Source of the DNA: Odoribacteraceae bacterium
Lineage (GTDB): Bacteria > Bacteroidota > Bacteroidia > Bacteroidales > Marinifilaceae
DNA: 47,708 nt
NCBI GenBank assembly: GCA_031266545.1
Contig: JAISAV010000078.1
Coordinates: forward strand, 1 to 47,708
Direction: 5' to 3'
Shown: piece by piece, positions 14,985 to 22,201 of the stretch
Layout: the number at the start of each line of letters is the position of its first letter
Position numbering within the stretch: position 1 is the stretch's first letter
Program-made: the position numbers and the translations under genes
The notes under the pieces: generated by a model
Seen by the model: only the letters and a program-made list of their open reading frames with translations
What the model was told of the DNA's origin: nothing
The model's database searches: none

Positions 14985-16802
14985 ATGATGATAAACAAAT
15001 ACATAACGAGCTTCCTCCTCGCGGGCTTCTGCCTGACGCTGGCGCCCTGCCTCGCAGGCGTCTCGCAGGCCGTCCCCGCCGGGGACGAGTTGCCTCGCAA
15101 GGAGAGCGCGCGGGAGAAGCGCGCGGACCGTCGTTTTCTCGGGCAGAATTTCCGGGGGGCCTTGTCGCTCTACCGCGTGGCGTTAGAGAAGGAGCGCGAC
15201 CTCGAGAAAAAGGTGGCGCTCGGCCTCAAGGTCGCGCGCCTCTACTTCATGGTGCGGGAGTATGAGTCGGCCGCCCACTACTTCGAGATGGTCGAGGAGA
15301 TGGAAGGAGGCTTGTCTCAGCCGGACGACATTTGCGACTACCTCGACGCCTTGTGCTTCTTGCACGAGCGGCAGAAGGCGGAAGCCATTTGCCTGCACTA
15401 CGCCTACGAGAGCGTCTATAGCAACCACCAGCGTTACAAAAACTCCCTGAACGCCCTGACGATGGTCTACGACACGGTGCTCACCGATTACACGGTGCGT
15501 CCCCTGCGCCTCAGCAGCTCGGGCGCCGAGTACTGGGTCGGCAACTTCGAGGGAAGACCCTTCTACGCGACGAGCCGGAGTAACTTCAACGCCCCGGGGA
15601 AGCTCTTCTTCCACCGGACGCGCTACCGCGCCCTGAACGAGAACCTCTCCCAGCAGCACTCCGACCGCACGACGCGCCAGCGCCTGAGTCATTACCTTGC
15701 CGACGTGCCCAGGGAGTTGCAGTGTGGCCCGGTGAGTTTCTCGCCCGGCCTCGACAAGATGGTCGCCACGGAGATCGTCTACGACAGCGACGAGCGCGTG
15801 CACATCGAGAACGGGCGCGACCTCTCGCTGAGGACGCGCCTGGTCTATTCCGACATGAGCGCGGGCAACAGGCGGTTCACGAAGTTCCAACCCATTTTCC
15901 GGCAAGAGGCGGACGCCTCGTACGCCCATCCTTTCCTCTACAATGACGGGCGTTCCATACTCTTCACCTCCAACATGTCCGGCGGCTACGGTGGTTTTGA
16001 TCTTTACGTCGCCCACTGGGACGAGGAGCGGCAGGAGTGGGGCTATCCCGTCAACCTTGGCCCCACCGTCAACTCGGAGGGCGACGAGATTTTTCCGACC
16101 CTTTTCGATGGGGAACTCTACTTCTCCTCTAACGGTCACCTCGGGCTGGGCGGTTATGACCTGTTCCGCGTGCTGTACGCCGACCACGCGGTGGTACCCA
16201 ACTCGCTGTACCACTTGCCTTACCCGATCAATACCGTCTTCAACGACTTTCACATCTACCCCCTCGACGACGGTTCGGGCTACATCGCCTCCGACCGCGA
16301 CCGGAAGAAGAAGGATAACCTCTTTTACTACCACAAGAGCGGCGAGAAAAACGGCCCGGTCGACCTCGACCTGACGGAGCAGTCGCGCCTGAACAGCGAC
16401 GTCTCCTCCGAGCATGTGATGCTGGGGAACGAGTCCGGCAAGGCGCTCCTGTCGACCGTCTACTTTGACTTTGACAAGGCGGCCCTGACCTCCGAGACGA
16501 TGCGCGACCTGAAGCAACTGATCCGCAAGCACGGCATCTCCATCGAGGGATTGCACGTGATCGGCTACGCGGACGAGGTGGGAGAGGATACCTACAACCA
16601 GCGACTCTCTACCCGGCGCGCGCAGACCGTGGCCGACTGGTTACACCTCCACGGTCTTTACGTGCCGATTTCCGTGGAGGGACGGGGTAAACTCGTGCTC
16701 TACGAGAACAAAAACGGGCGACCGCGCAAGGGATCGAAGATTTTAGAATTGATCGAGGGCAATCGACGTGCCCGCCGCGTGGAGATATATGTCGAGAAAT
16801 AA
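14985..16802 (+). CDS. OmpA_C-domain protein with N-terminal TPR-like region and TolB/PD40-type beta-propeller (PorE-like architecture)
   Basis: C-terminus VYFDFDKAALTSETMRDL..HVIGYADEVGEDTYNQRLSTRRAQTVADWL is an OmpA peptidoglycan-binding domain. The middle has PD40-like blades (GRSILFTSNMSGGYGGFDLYVA.., GDEIFPTLFDGELYFSSNGHLGLGGYDLFRV). The N-terminal helical region (ALSLYRVALEKE.., ARLYFMVREYESAAHYFE) is TPR-like. Confidence 0.8.
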   Translation: MMINKYITSFLLAGFCLTLAPCLAGVSQAVPAGDELPRKESAREKRADRRFLGQNFRGALSLYRVALEKERDLEKKVALGLKVARLYFMVREYESAAHYFEMVEEMEGGLSQPDDICDYLDALCFLHERQKAEAICLHYAYESVYSNHQRYKNSLNALTMVYDTVLTDYTVRPLRLSSSGAEYWVGNFEGRPFYATSRSNFNAPGKLFFHRTRYRALNENLSQQHSDRTTRQRLSHYLADVPRELQCGPVSFSPGLDKMVATEIVYDSDERVHIENGRDLSLRTRLVYSDMSAGNRRFTKFQPIFRQEADASYAHPFLYNDGRSILFTSNMSGGYGGFDLYVAHWDEERQEWGYPVNLGPTVNSEGDEIFPTLFDGELYFSSNGHLGLGGYDLFRVLYADHAVVPNSLYHLPYPINTVFNDFHIYPLDDGSGYIASDRDRKKKDNLFYYHKSGEKNGPVDLDLTEQSRLNSDVSSEHVMLGNESGKALLSTVYFDFDKAALTSETMRDLKQLIRKHGISIEGLHVIGYADEVGEDTYNQRLSTRRAQTVADWLHLHGLYVPISVEGRGKLVLYENKNGRPRKGSKILELIEGNRRARRVEIYVEK

Positions 16803-16830
16803 CGATAATTACGAGCAAAATAAACGAACC

Positions 16831-19302
16831 ATGAAAAAGAAATTTTTGATTTTATCGCTGTTAAGCCTCTTGTTTGCGGGCGAGTTGTTTGCGCAATCCA
16901 TGCCGGTCGTTTTTGACAAGCGTTACGGGGAGGGCGGCAAGCTACAACAAATCACGTTTGTCGCCGGGGACGAGATCGCGTTCACCGGCAAGAAGGATGG
17001 CGGGCTGTTCCTCTCGTGGCTGGACCGCGCCGGGGCGGTGGTTTTCTCCAAGACGATGGCGGGTTTCACGGAAATCAACCAGCTCAAGGAGCTGGCGGGT
17101 GAGCACCTGCTCGTCGTGGGCCAGTCCTCGAACTTGAAGGCGAGGATGGCCACGAAAGGAAAGAAATCCGACGAGGCGGTCGAGACGGCCCTCGTCGGGC
17201 GCGCCCTGATCCTCAACCGGGCGGGGGAGCTGATCGCCGACTACTACGTCGGTGACCCGGGCACCTCCTTGCTACAGGGGGAGCTGACGCGCGACAAGGA
17301 GGTGATCCTCGCCGGCTACGAGAAGCGCCGTGACGGCAAGCGCCGTGGCATCTTGACGAAGCTCGGCGAGAGCGGACGCGTGATCTACAAGTACATCTCG
17401 CCCCACGGCTCGGTGTGCTCCCGCTTCGAGGTGCTGGGCCACGCCACGGAATACGTCTGCGCGGCTTTCTCCACCGACGAGGATGCCGCCGCGGCCAGCG
17501 TCGTGCGGCTGGACAACCACGGGAAGCCCTACTACATGACCCTCCTCCCTGCCAAGGGCTTCACCTGCACGGGAATTAACGCGCGGGCGATGGACGGCTC
17601 CATGCTCGTCATCGGTCACTCGACCCACGAGGGGGTGATCATCTACAAGGTGCGCCCGGAGGGGGACATCGTCTTTGCCAAGACGATCGTGCCGGCCACG
17701 GGTCAATCCCTCGAGTTCCTGCACGTCTCGCGCGCCGGCACGATCCTCGCGGGCGGGAATGACGGCACCCAGGGCTACTACGCGATGCTCCGCGAGGATG
17801 GGACGACGCTCTTCTCGCGGCGCGTGGACGGCGGCGTCTCTTGCCTCAAGATGGACCCCGGCACCGGCGGGGCGATCGTCACCGCCTTCGACCCGGTCAC
17901 CGGGAGCGGCTCCCTGATCAAGTTATCGGACGGCGGGAAGGTGGAATTTGAGACGGCCGTCGACGGCTTCTTCGACAATATCCGCATTACCCCTTCCGGC
18001 GAGGCCATGCTGCTCTCGCGTCTCGAGGGCCGGGTGAGCGTCTACTCCTCCTTCGGCGCCTTGCTCTCCGACGGCTACATCGCGGGCAAGAAGGCCTCCG
18101 CTTACGACGGTTCGCTGATCGCCACCTCCGGCGAGGCCATCTTCTGGGGCATGGATAACCGCGTGGTCAAGCTCGGCCACGGCCTCTACATCTCGGACGT
18201 GAAGATCACGAAACCGGTCAACGGCGTCGCCACGGCCCTCTTCACGGTGACGCTCACCGGCTTCGCCACCAACGCGGAGGGAGTTGCCCTGCCCGTGAGC
18301 GTCGCCTACGCCACGCGCCCCGGCTCCGCGAGCGAGGCTGACCACTTCGTGCCCATCAACGGTCGCCTCTCCTTCATCCCCGCGAAAGGGGATGCAAGCC
18401 GCTACCAGATGAAGCAAGAGGTAGAGATCCCTATCAAGGCCAACGACCGCGTCGAGGGGACGAAAGAGTTCGAGGTGAGGCTGTCGGGCGTCGAGCAGAG
18501 CTACCTGATCAAGTCCTCCGGCAAGGGGATGATCGAGGACCAGCAGGCGCTCGTCAAGCTCGTCCGCGTCGAGGACGGGATCGAGGGGATGAAAGACGTC
18601 GTCTACGAGGTGGGCCTCTTCAAGACGGACGGCACCCCCCTGTCGAACGCCACGGGCACGGACATCGTGCTGGACGGTAACTACGGCGAGGGCACTGCGG
18701 ACGCCCTCGATTTCGACATGAGCGTCCCCCCGCGGGTCGTGATCCCGAACGGGCGCCATTCCGGCAAGTTCAACGTCAAGACGCTGGAAGATACCCGCTA
18801 CGAGTTGCCGAAGAGCGTCATCGTCAACTTCACCAAGGCCTACTCGCTGAACGGGACGAAAGTCTCCTTCGAGGGTGCGCAACTGGCCTGTACCGGCACC
18901 GTGATTGACCAACCGGCCGTGCTCGTGCTCTCCTCGTTGGGCGATCACCGCGTGAACAACAACGTGGTCTCCGGCTTCTTCACCCTTTCCCTGTGCCGGG
19001 CCTCCGACGGGGCGCCCATCACGAACGCCACCGGCGCCGAGATCACCATCTCGCTGGCCATCGACCCCGCCACCACCGCCCGCGAGGGGAAGGACTTCGT
19101 CCTCACCAACCAGCACGACCTGCGCGTTGACGGCACCGGCGGCCACGGTTCGGTGAACCTCTACGGCGTGGTGCTGCACGACAGTTCGAGCGAGGATCAC
19201 GTGCTCAAGATGTCGATCGAGCGCGTGGACGCCCCCACCGGCGCCCTGCCCGTCACCGTCAAGCCGGAGGGCAAGTCGGCCTCCTTCACGATCAAGCGTT
19301 AA
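16831..19302 (+). CDS. Secreted beta-propeller-like / triple Calx-beta domain protein
   Basis: ORF 16768..19302, trimmed to ATG 16831 (MKKKFLILSLLSLLFAGELFAQ). The N-terminal half shows about 7-8 blade-like repeats of about 45 aa. The C-terminal half has three Calx-beta-like modules (e.g. ATALFTVTLTG..VSVAYATRPGSASEADHFVPINGRLSFIPAKGD..VEIPIKANDRVEGTKEFEVRLSG). Confidence 0.75.
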   Translation: MKKKFLILSLLSLLFAGELFAQSMPVVFDKRYGEGGKLQQITFVAGDEIAFTGKKDGGLFLSWLDRAGAVVFSKTMAGFTEINQLKELAGEHLLVVGQSSNLKARMATKGKKSDEAVETALVGRALILNRAGELIADYYVGDPGTSLLQGELTRDKEVILAGYEKRRDGKRRGILTKLGESGRVIYKYISPHGSVCSRFEVLGHATEYVCAAFSTDEDAAAASVVRLDNHGKPYYMTLLPAKGFTCTGINARAMDGSMLVIGHSTHEGVIIYKVRPEGDIVFAKTIVPATGQSLEFLHVSRAGTILAGGNDGTQGYYAMLREDGTTLFSRRVDGGVSCLKMDPGTGGAIVTAFDPVTGSGSLIKLSDGGKVEFETAVDGFFDNIRITPSGEAMLLSRLEGRVSVYSSFGALLSDGYIAGKKASAYDGSLIATSGEAIFWGMDNRVVKLGHGLYISDVKITKPVNGVATALFTVTLTGFATNAEGVALPVSVAYATRPGSASEADHFVPINGRLSFIPAKGDASRYQMKQEVEIPIKANDRVEGTKEFEVRLSGVEQSYLIKSSGKGMIEDQQALVKLVRVEDGIEGMKDVVYEVGLFKTDGTPLSNATGTDIVLDGNYGEGTADALDFDMSVPPRVVIPNGRHSGKFNVKTLEDTRYELPKSVIVNFTKAYSLNGTKVSFEGAQLACTGTVIDQPAVLVLSSLGDHRVNNNVVSGFFTLSLCRASDGAPITNATGAEITISLAIDPATTAREGKDFVLTNQHDLRVDGTGGHGSVNLYGVVLHDSSSEDHVLKMSIERVDAPTGALPVTVKPEGKSASFTIKR

Positions 19303-19341
19303 CCGGTGTAAAACCGGTCTACCCCTGGACACGGGACAAAA

Positions 19342-19381
19342 AAATCTCCCGCCTCGTTCGCGAGACGGGAGATTTATTTTT
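19342..19381. terminator. Bidirectional intrinsic terminator between convergent genes
   Basis: AAATCTCCCG-N14-CGGGAGATTT (10-bp stem, 19342-19375). Flanked by an A-run on the left and ATTTTT on the right, so it can serve both the Calx-beta gene (+) and the 19398..20855 gene (-). Confidence 0.8.
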
Positions 19382-19397
19382 CACGAGGCGCGGGAGA

Positions 19398-20855
19398 TCA
19401 TCTCTCCCTGTCGCCGCCGCCGATGTTAAAGGCGAGGCCCACTTGCGCGTTCATGTTGTACCCCCTCAGCGGGATGCCCTGCGGGTTTATCTTCGTGATG
19501 GCGCAGTCGCTGGCGAGGAAGAGGGTCGGTCCCACGCGCGGGGCGAGGTGGATGGCCAGCCCGACGCTGTTGCTGGACTTCTCGAATAGCGCGTAGCTGG
19601 CGCTGGCGGCAAACCACGAACAGGGGCGATAATTGAGCGAGAAGGTGCATTGCCCCATGCTGTAATCCTCTCCCCGCGTGTTGGAATAGAGCGCGCCGAG
19701 CGACAATTTGTTCCTGAAGACGGCGTACTCCACCCCGATGTTAAAATCCATGTCCAAACGAGAGGAGCGCTTCTTTCCGCTATTGGCGGGATCGTTAAAG
19801 AAGTCAAGCCCGCGCTCCAGGTCATCCACCACGTCGTCCAGCACGTCCTCGATGGAGGAGGTGTAATCGTTCTGGTGGACGGAATAGTCGTTCGGCGTGA
19901 TGGTTACCGTCGTCTCGTTGGTGCGGGCTTGATAGCTGTTCTTCGCCGACCACGTCATGAAGCCGATGTTATTCACGGCGGCGGAGACCGTCAACTTGCC
20001 CAGCAACCCGAAGTCAAACAGGTGGAAGGAGGCCCCCACGTCCACTCCCGCCCCGTAGCCGGGAATACCTTTCCACTCGAATTCGAAACCGCTGAGGTTT
20101 TCAAAATCGTTGTCGTACTCCGGCGTGATGCCGGGGGCAGATACCTGCAAGGTGGCCCGCGACTTCAAGTTCCAGTAATTCGTCCCGGCGTCCACTTCCA
20201 ACTGTTCCACGTTCAACTTGGCGTCCCCCACGCCCAGCAACACCTTCGGCCGCAGGCCCACGACGAGTCTCTTGCCGAGAAACGATCGCGAGTAACCCGC
20301 CCCCATCTCCATGTAAGCCTTCGCCGAGGCGCTCAGGCCGGAGAGGTCGTACCGGGTCGACGAGGCATCCTGATCGACGAAACCTTTCTTCAGCAGCTCG
20401 AAAAGCCCTCGCGGCACGTCCACGTCCACCCGCGTGCGCAATCCCGCGTGGATTGTCCAGTACCCCCTCCCGGCCCGGAAGCCCGCGGAGAAAACATCGT
20501 TATCGGCGTTGACCGACACGTAATTGTGTCGCGAGATGTTGGCCAAGAACTTCTCGGCCGGCACGTCCTTGTGCATGAACGTCATCGGCTTCACGGGAGC
20601 CGAGGGATCCTCCCGGTACAGGAAGATAAAATTCTCCAGCGTGAAGGTATTCGTCCGCGCGTCCGCGAAGACGTTGTTCACGCCCGGGATGCCGATGTAC
20701 CCGTTTTCCGGGTGCAGGGCTGGGTTCAGGTAGTGTCGCGCGTGCGAGGAGGTCATGAAATACGAGCTTTTCGTCGTCTGGGCGCTGGCCCCGGGGATCA
20801 TCAGGAGACAGGAGATGATCGCGATGATCGTGGCGTGTAGATACTTTTTCATCAT
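19398..20855 (-). CDS. Outer-membrane beta-barrel protein, FadL/TodX/PorV-like (family unresolved)
   Basis: Signal peptide ..PGASAQ. N-terminal SSYFMTSSHARHYLNPAL contains an NPA-type hatch motif. 485 aa with an alternating hydrophobic pattern and frequent G/Y/N turns. The last strand reads ..AQVGLAFNIGG. Confidence 0.55.
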   Translation of the reverse strand: MMKKYLHATIIAIISCLLMIPGASAQTTKSSYFMTSSHARHYLNPALHPENGYIGIPGVNNVFADARTNTFTLENFIFLYREDPSAPVKPMTFMHKDVPAEKFLANISRHNYVSVNADNDVFSAGFRAGRGYWTIHAGLRTRVDVDVPRGLFELLKKGFVDQDASSTRYDLSGLSASAKAYMEMGAGYSRSFLGKRLVVGLRPKVLLGVGDAKLNVEQLEVDAGTNYWNLKSRATLQVSAPGITPEYDNDFENLSGFEFEWKGIPGYGAGVDVGASFHLFDFGLLGKLTVSAAVNNIGFMTWSAKNSYQARTNETTVTITPNDYSVHQNDYTSSIEDVLDDVVDDLERGLDFFNDPANSGKKRSSRLDMDFNIGVEYAVFRNKLSLGALYSNTRGEDYSMGQCTFSLNYRPCSWFAASASYALFEKSSNSVGLAIHLAPRVGPTLFLASDCAITKINPQGIPLRGYNMNAQVGLAFNIGGGDRER

Positions 20856-20861
20856 GATAGT

Positions 20862-21470
20862 TTATTCGTCAAGGTTAATATACATGCCCCCCGTCTTCAG
20901 CACGAGACCGTGCAGCAAGAGGTAATCGTCCAGGTCTATATCGACGGTCGAGAGTCCCGTGAAGACGAACGTGATCTTCACCCCGCGCGCCTCCTGCATG
21001 TACTGCATGGCTTCCGCGTCGATATGCATCGAGAACTCTTGCTCCCTGGCGTTATAGATGCTCCCGCTCCGGATGGTGACGGCGCCGATCACCTCGTTGT
21101 CCGCGTCCAGCACGTTCAGTTCCGTGAGGATCGCGGCGTCGCTACCGAGGTTAGCGATGTTCAGGTCTATTTTCCCTTCCAGCGAGGCTGCCTTCGCCCC
21201 CTCGAAGAAGAACTTGTTCACGATATCCTCCGTGAAGATATCCTTGACGACATACTCCATGGCAAACGTGCCGGGCCTTCCCGGCAATTCCACTTCCACG
21301 AGGTTCGTCTTGAACCACGCCGTGTCCACGCTCCCCACCGGCACGGGGGGGATGTTAAACACCGCGTCATAATCCAACTCGTCCAGATCGTAATCCGGGT
21401 CCACGCAGGCTTGCAGGCCGAAACACAGCAAGCCGGCGAGCGCGATTCTTAATGATAAAATTTTATACAT
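20862..21470 (-). CDS. Hypothetical lipoprotein, co-transcribed with the barrel gene
   Basis: Lipobox FGLQAC. 202 aa and acidic. Only a 6-nt gap to the downstream barrel gene. I recognise no family. Confidence 0.65.
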   Translation of the reverse strand: MYKILSLRIALAGLLCFGLQACVDPDYDLDELDYDAVFNIPPVPVGSVDTAWFKTNLVEVELPGRPGTFAMEYVVKDIFTEDIVNKFFFEGAKAASLEGKIDLNIANLGSDAAILTELNVLDADNEVIGAVTIRSGSIYNAREQEFSMHIDAEAMQYMQEARGVKITFVFTGLSTVDIDLDDYLLLHGLVLKTGGMYINLDE

Positions 21471-21498
21471 CGTTAAAGTTTAAGTTATTTTCCACGTG

Positions 21499-21506
21499 CA
21501 AATGTA
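21499..21506 (-). promoter_or_regulatory. -7 box TACATTTG for the lipoprotein/barrel operon
   Basis: Plus strand reads CAAATGTA, which is TAnnTTTG on the minus strand, 29 nt upstream of ATG 21470. Confidence 0.45.
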
Positions 21507-21580
21507 CAACATTATTTATGAATTACGCATTAGAAATGACAAATTACGGGACGAGAAAACTTTTGTGGAAGGCACGTCTG

Positions 21581-21680
21581 TTTTTTGAATGGCTATTCGT
21601 TGTGAAACGAATAGCTATCCGATTTTTTTGAATAGCTATCCATTTTGAAACGAATAGTTATTCGTTTTTTGAATAGCTAT
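21581..21680. repeat. Five phased copies of decamer GAATAGCTAT (2.4 copies of a 43-bp unit), with embedded palindromes
   Basis: Copies at 21587 (GAATGGCTAT), 21609, 21630, 21652 (GAATAGTTAT) and 21671. Spacing is 22, 21, 22 and 19 bp. Flanks alternate between a T6-7 run and GAAAC. Inverted repeats: GCTATTCGTT-GTGA-AACGAATAGC (21592-21615) and AAACGAAT-AGTT-ATTCGTTT (21648-21667). Confidence 0.9.
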
Positions 21681-21840
21681 GGCTCACCTGCAACCCCCGT
21701 ATTTAGAATAATCCCCTGGTTAAGTTTGAAGCACCGACATACCCGCGGTCTGTCTGCTTCTTCATCTTTATGCTAAACACAGAATTTTGCAGGTGTCCCA
21801 TATCTATCGCTTCGTTGCAACAAGGTTACATCTAATTTGT

Positions 21841-21874
21841 AATTACCCGGACGCCAAAAGGCGTCCGGGTAATT
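21841..21874 (-). terminator. Perfect 15-bp hairpin abutting the tRNA 3' end
   Basis: AATTACCCGGACGCC-AAAA-GGCGTCCGGGTAATT. Begins 1 nt after the tRNA discriminator base on the minus strand. No clear U-tract after it, so it could be a terminator or a processing structure. Confidence 0.55.
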
Positions 21875-21875
21875 G

Positions 21876-21960
21876 TACTCGAGGCGGGACTTGAACCCGC
21901 ACAACCGCAATGGTCACGGGATTTTAAGTCCCGCGTGTCTACCGATTCCACCACTCGAGC
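21876..21960 (-). tRNA. tRNA-Leu (anticodon UAA)
   Basis: Minus strand: GCTCGAGTGGTGGAATCGGTAGACACGCGGGACTTAAAATCCCGTGACCATTGCGGTTGTGCGGGTTCAAGTCCCGCCTCGAGTA. Anticodon stem CGGGA/TCCCG with loop CTTAAAA. Long variable arm (class II). T-arm GCGGG-TTCAAGT-CCCGC. CCA is not encoded. Confidence 0.93.
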
Positions 21961-21976
21961 AAGGTGAAGAGCCGGG

Positions 21977-21999
21977 GAAAGCGAAGGGTCTTCGCTTTC
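21977..21999 (-). other. 10-bp hairpin in the tRNA 5' leader
   Basis: GAAAGCGAAG-GGT-CTTCGCTTTC, between the promoter box (22005-22012) and the tRNA 5' end (21960). Confidence 0.5.
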
Positions 22000-22004
22000 G
22001 GGGT

Positions 22005-22012
22005 CAAAAGTA
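22005..22012 (-). promoter_or_regulatory. -7 box TACTTTTG for tRNA-Leu
   Basis: Plus strand reads CAAAAGTA, which is TAnnTTTG on the minus strand, 45 nt upstream of the tRNA 5' end. Confidence 0.45.
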
Positions 22013-22163
22013 ATTATAAAATTTGAATCTGCACAATTATCGAGCGGATTTTCGTCGTCGGCAAGAGCCAGGTAGCACAAGTCCATTAGCATATTTGTTC
22101 AAACCTCTTTCCCGTGAGGGGTATGGATGCGCGAGGGCAGGGTGTGGCGAGAGCATGCCGCGT

Positions 22164-22189
22164 AAAAAACCCCGGGGGGATCCCCGGGG
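22164..22189 (-). terminator. Intrinsic terminator ending the long SusC/D array
   Basis: On the minus strand: CCCCGGGG-ATCC-CCCCGGGG followed by TTTTTT. Starts 13 nt after the SusD stop (22202). Confidence 0.8.
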
Positions 22190-22201
22190 CGTATGTGGTA
22201 T

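Noticed and set aside
21876-21960. tRNA-Leu as an integration site that delimits a genomic island (searched for a direct repeat of its 3' end)
   Set aside because: I found only a 10-nt chance match (TCCCGCCTCG at about 19346), in the wrong orientation. There is no integrase gene nearby. The evidence is insufficient.
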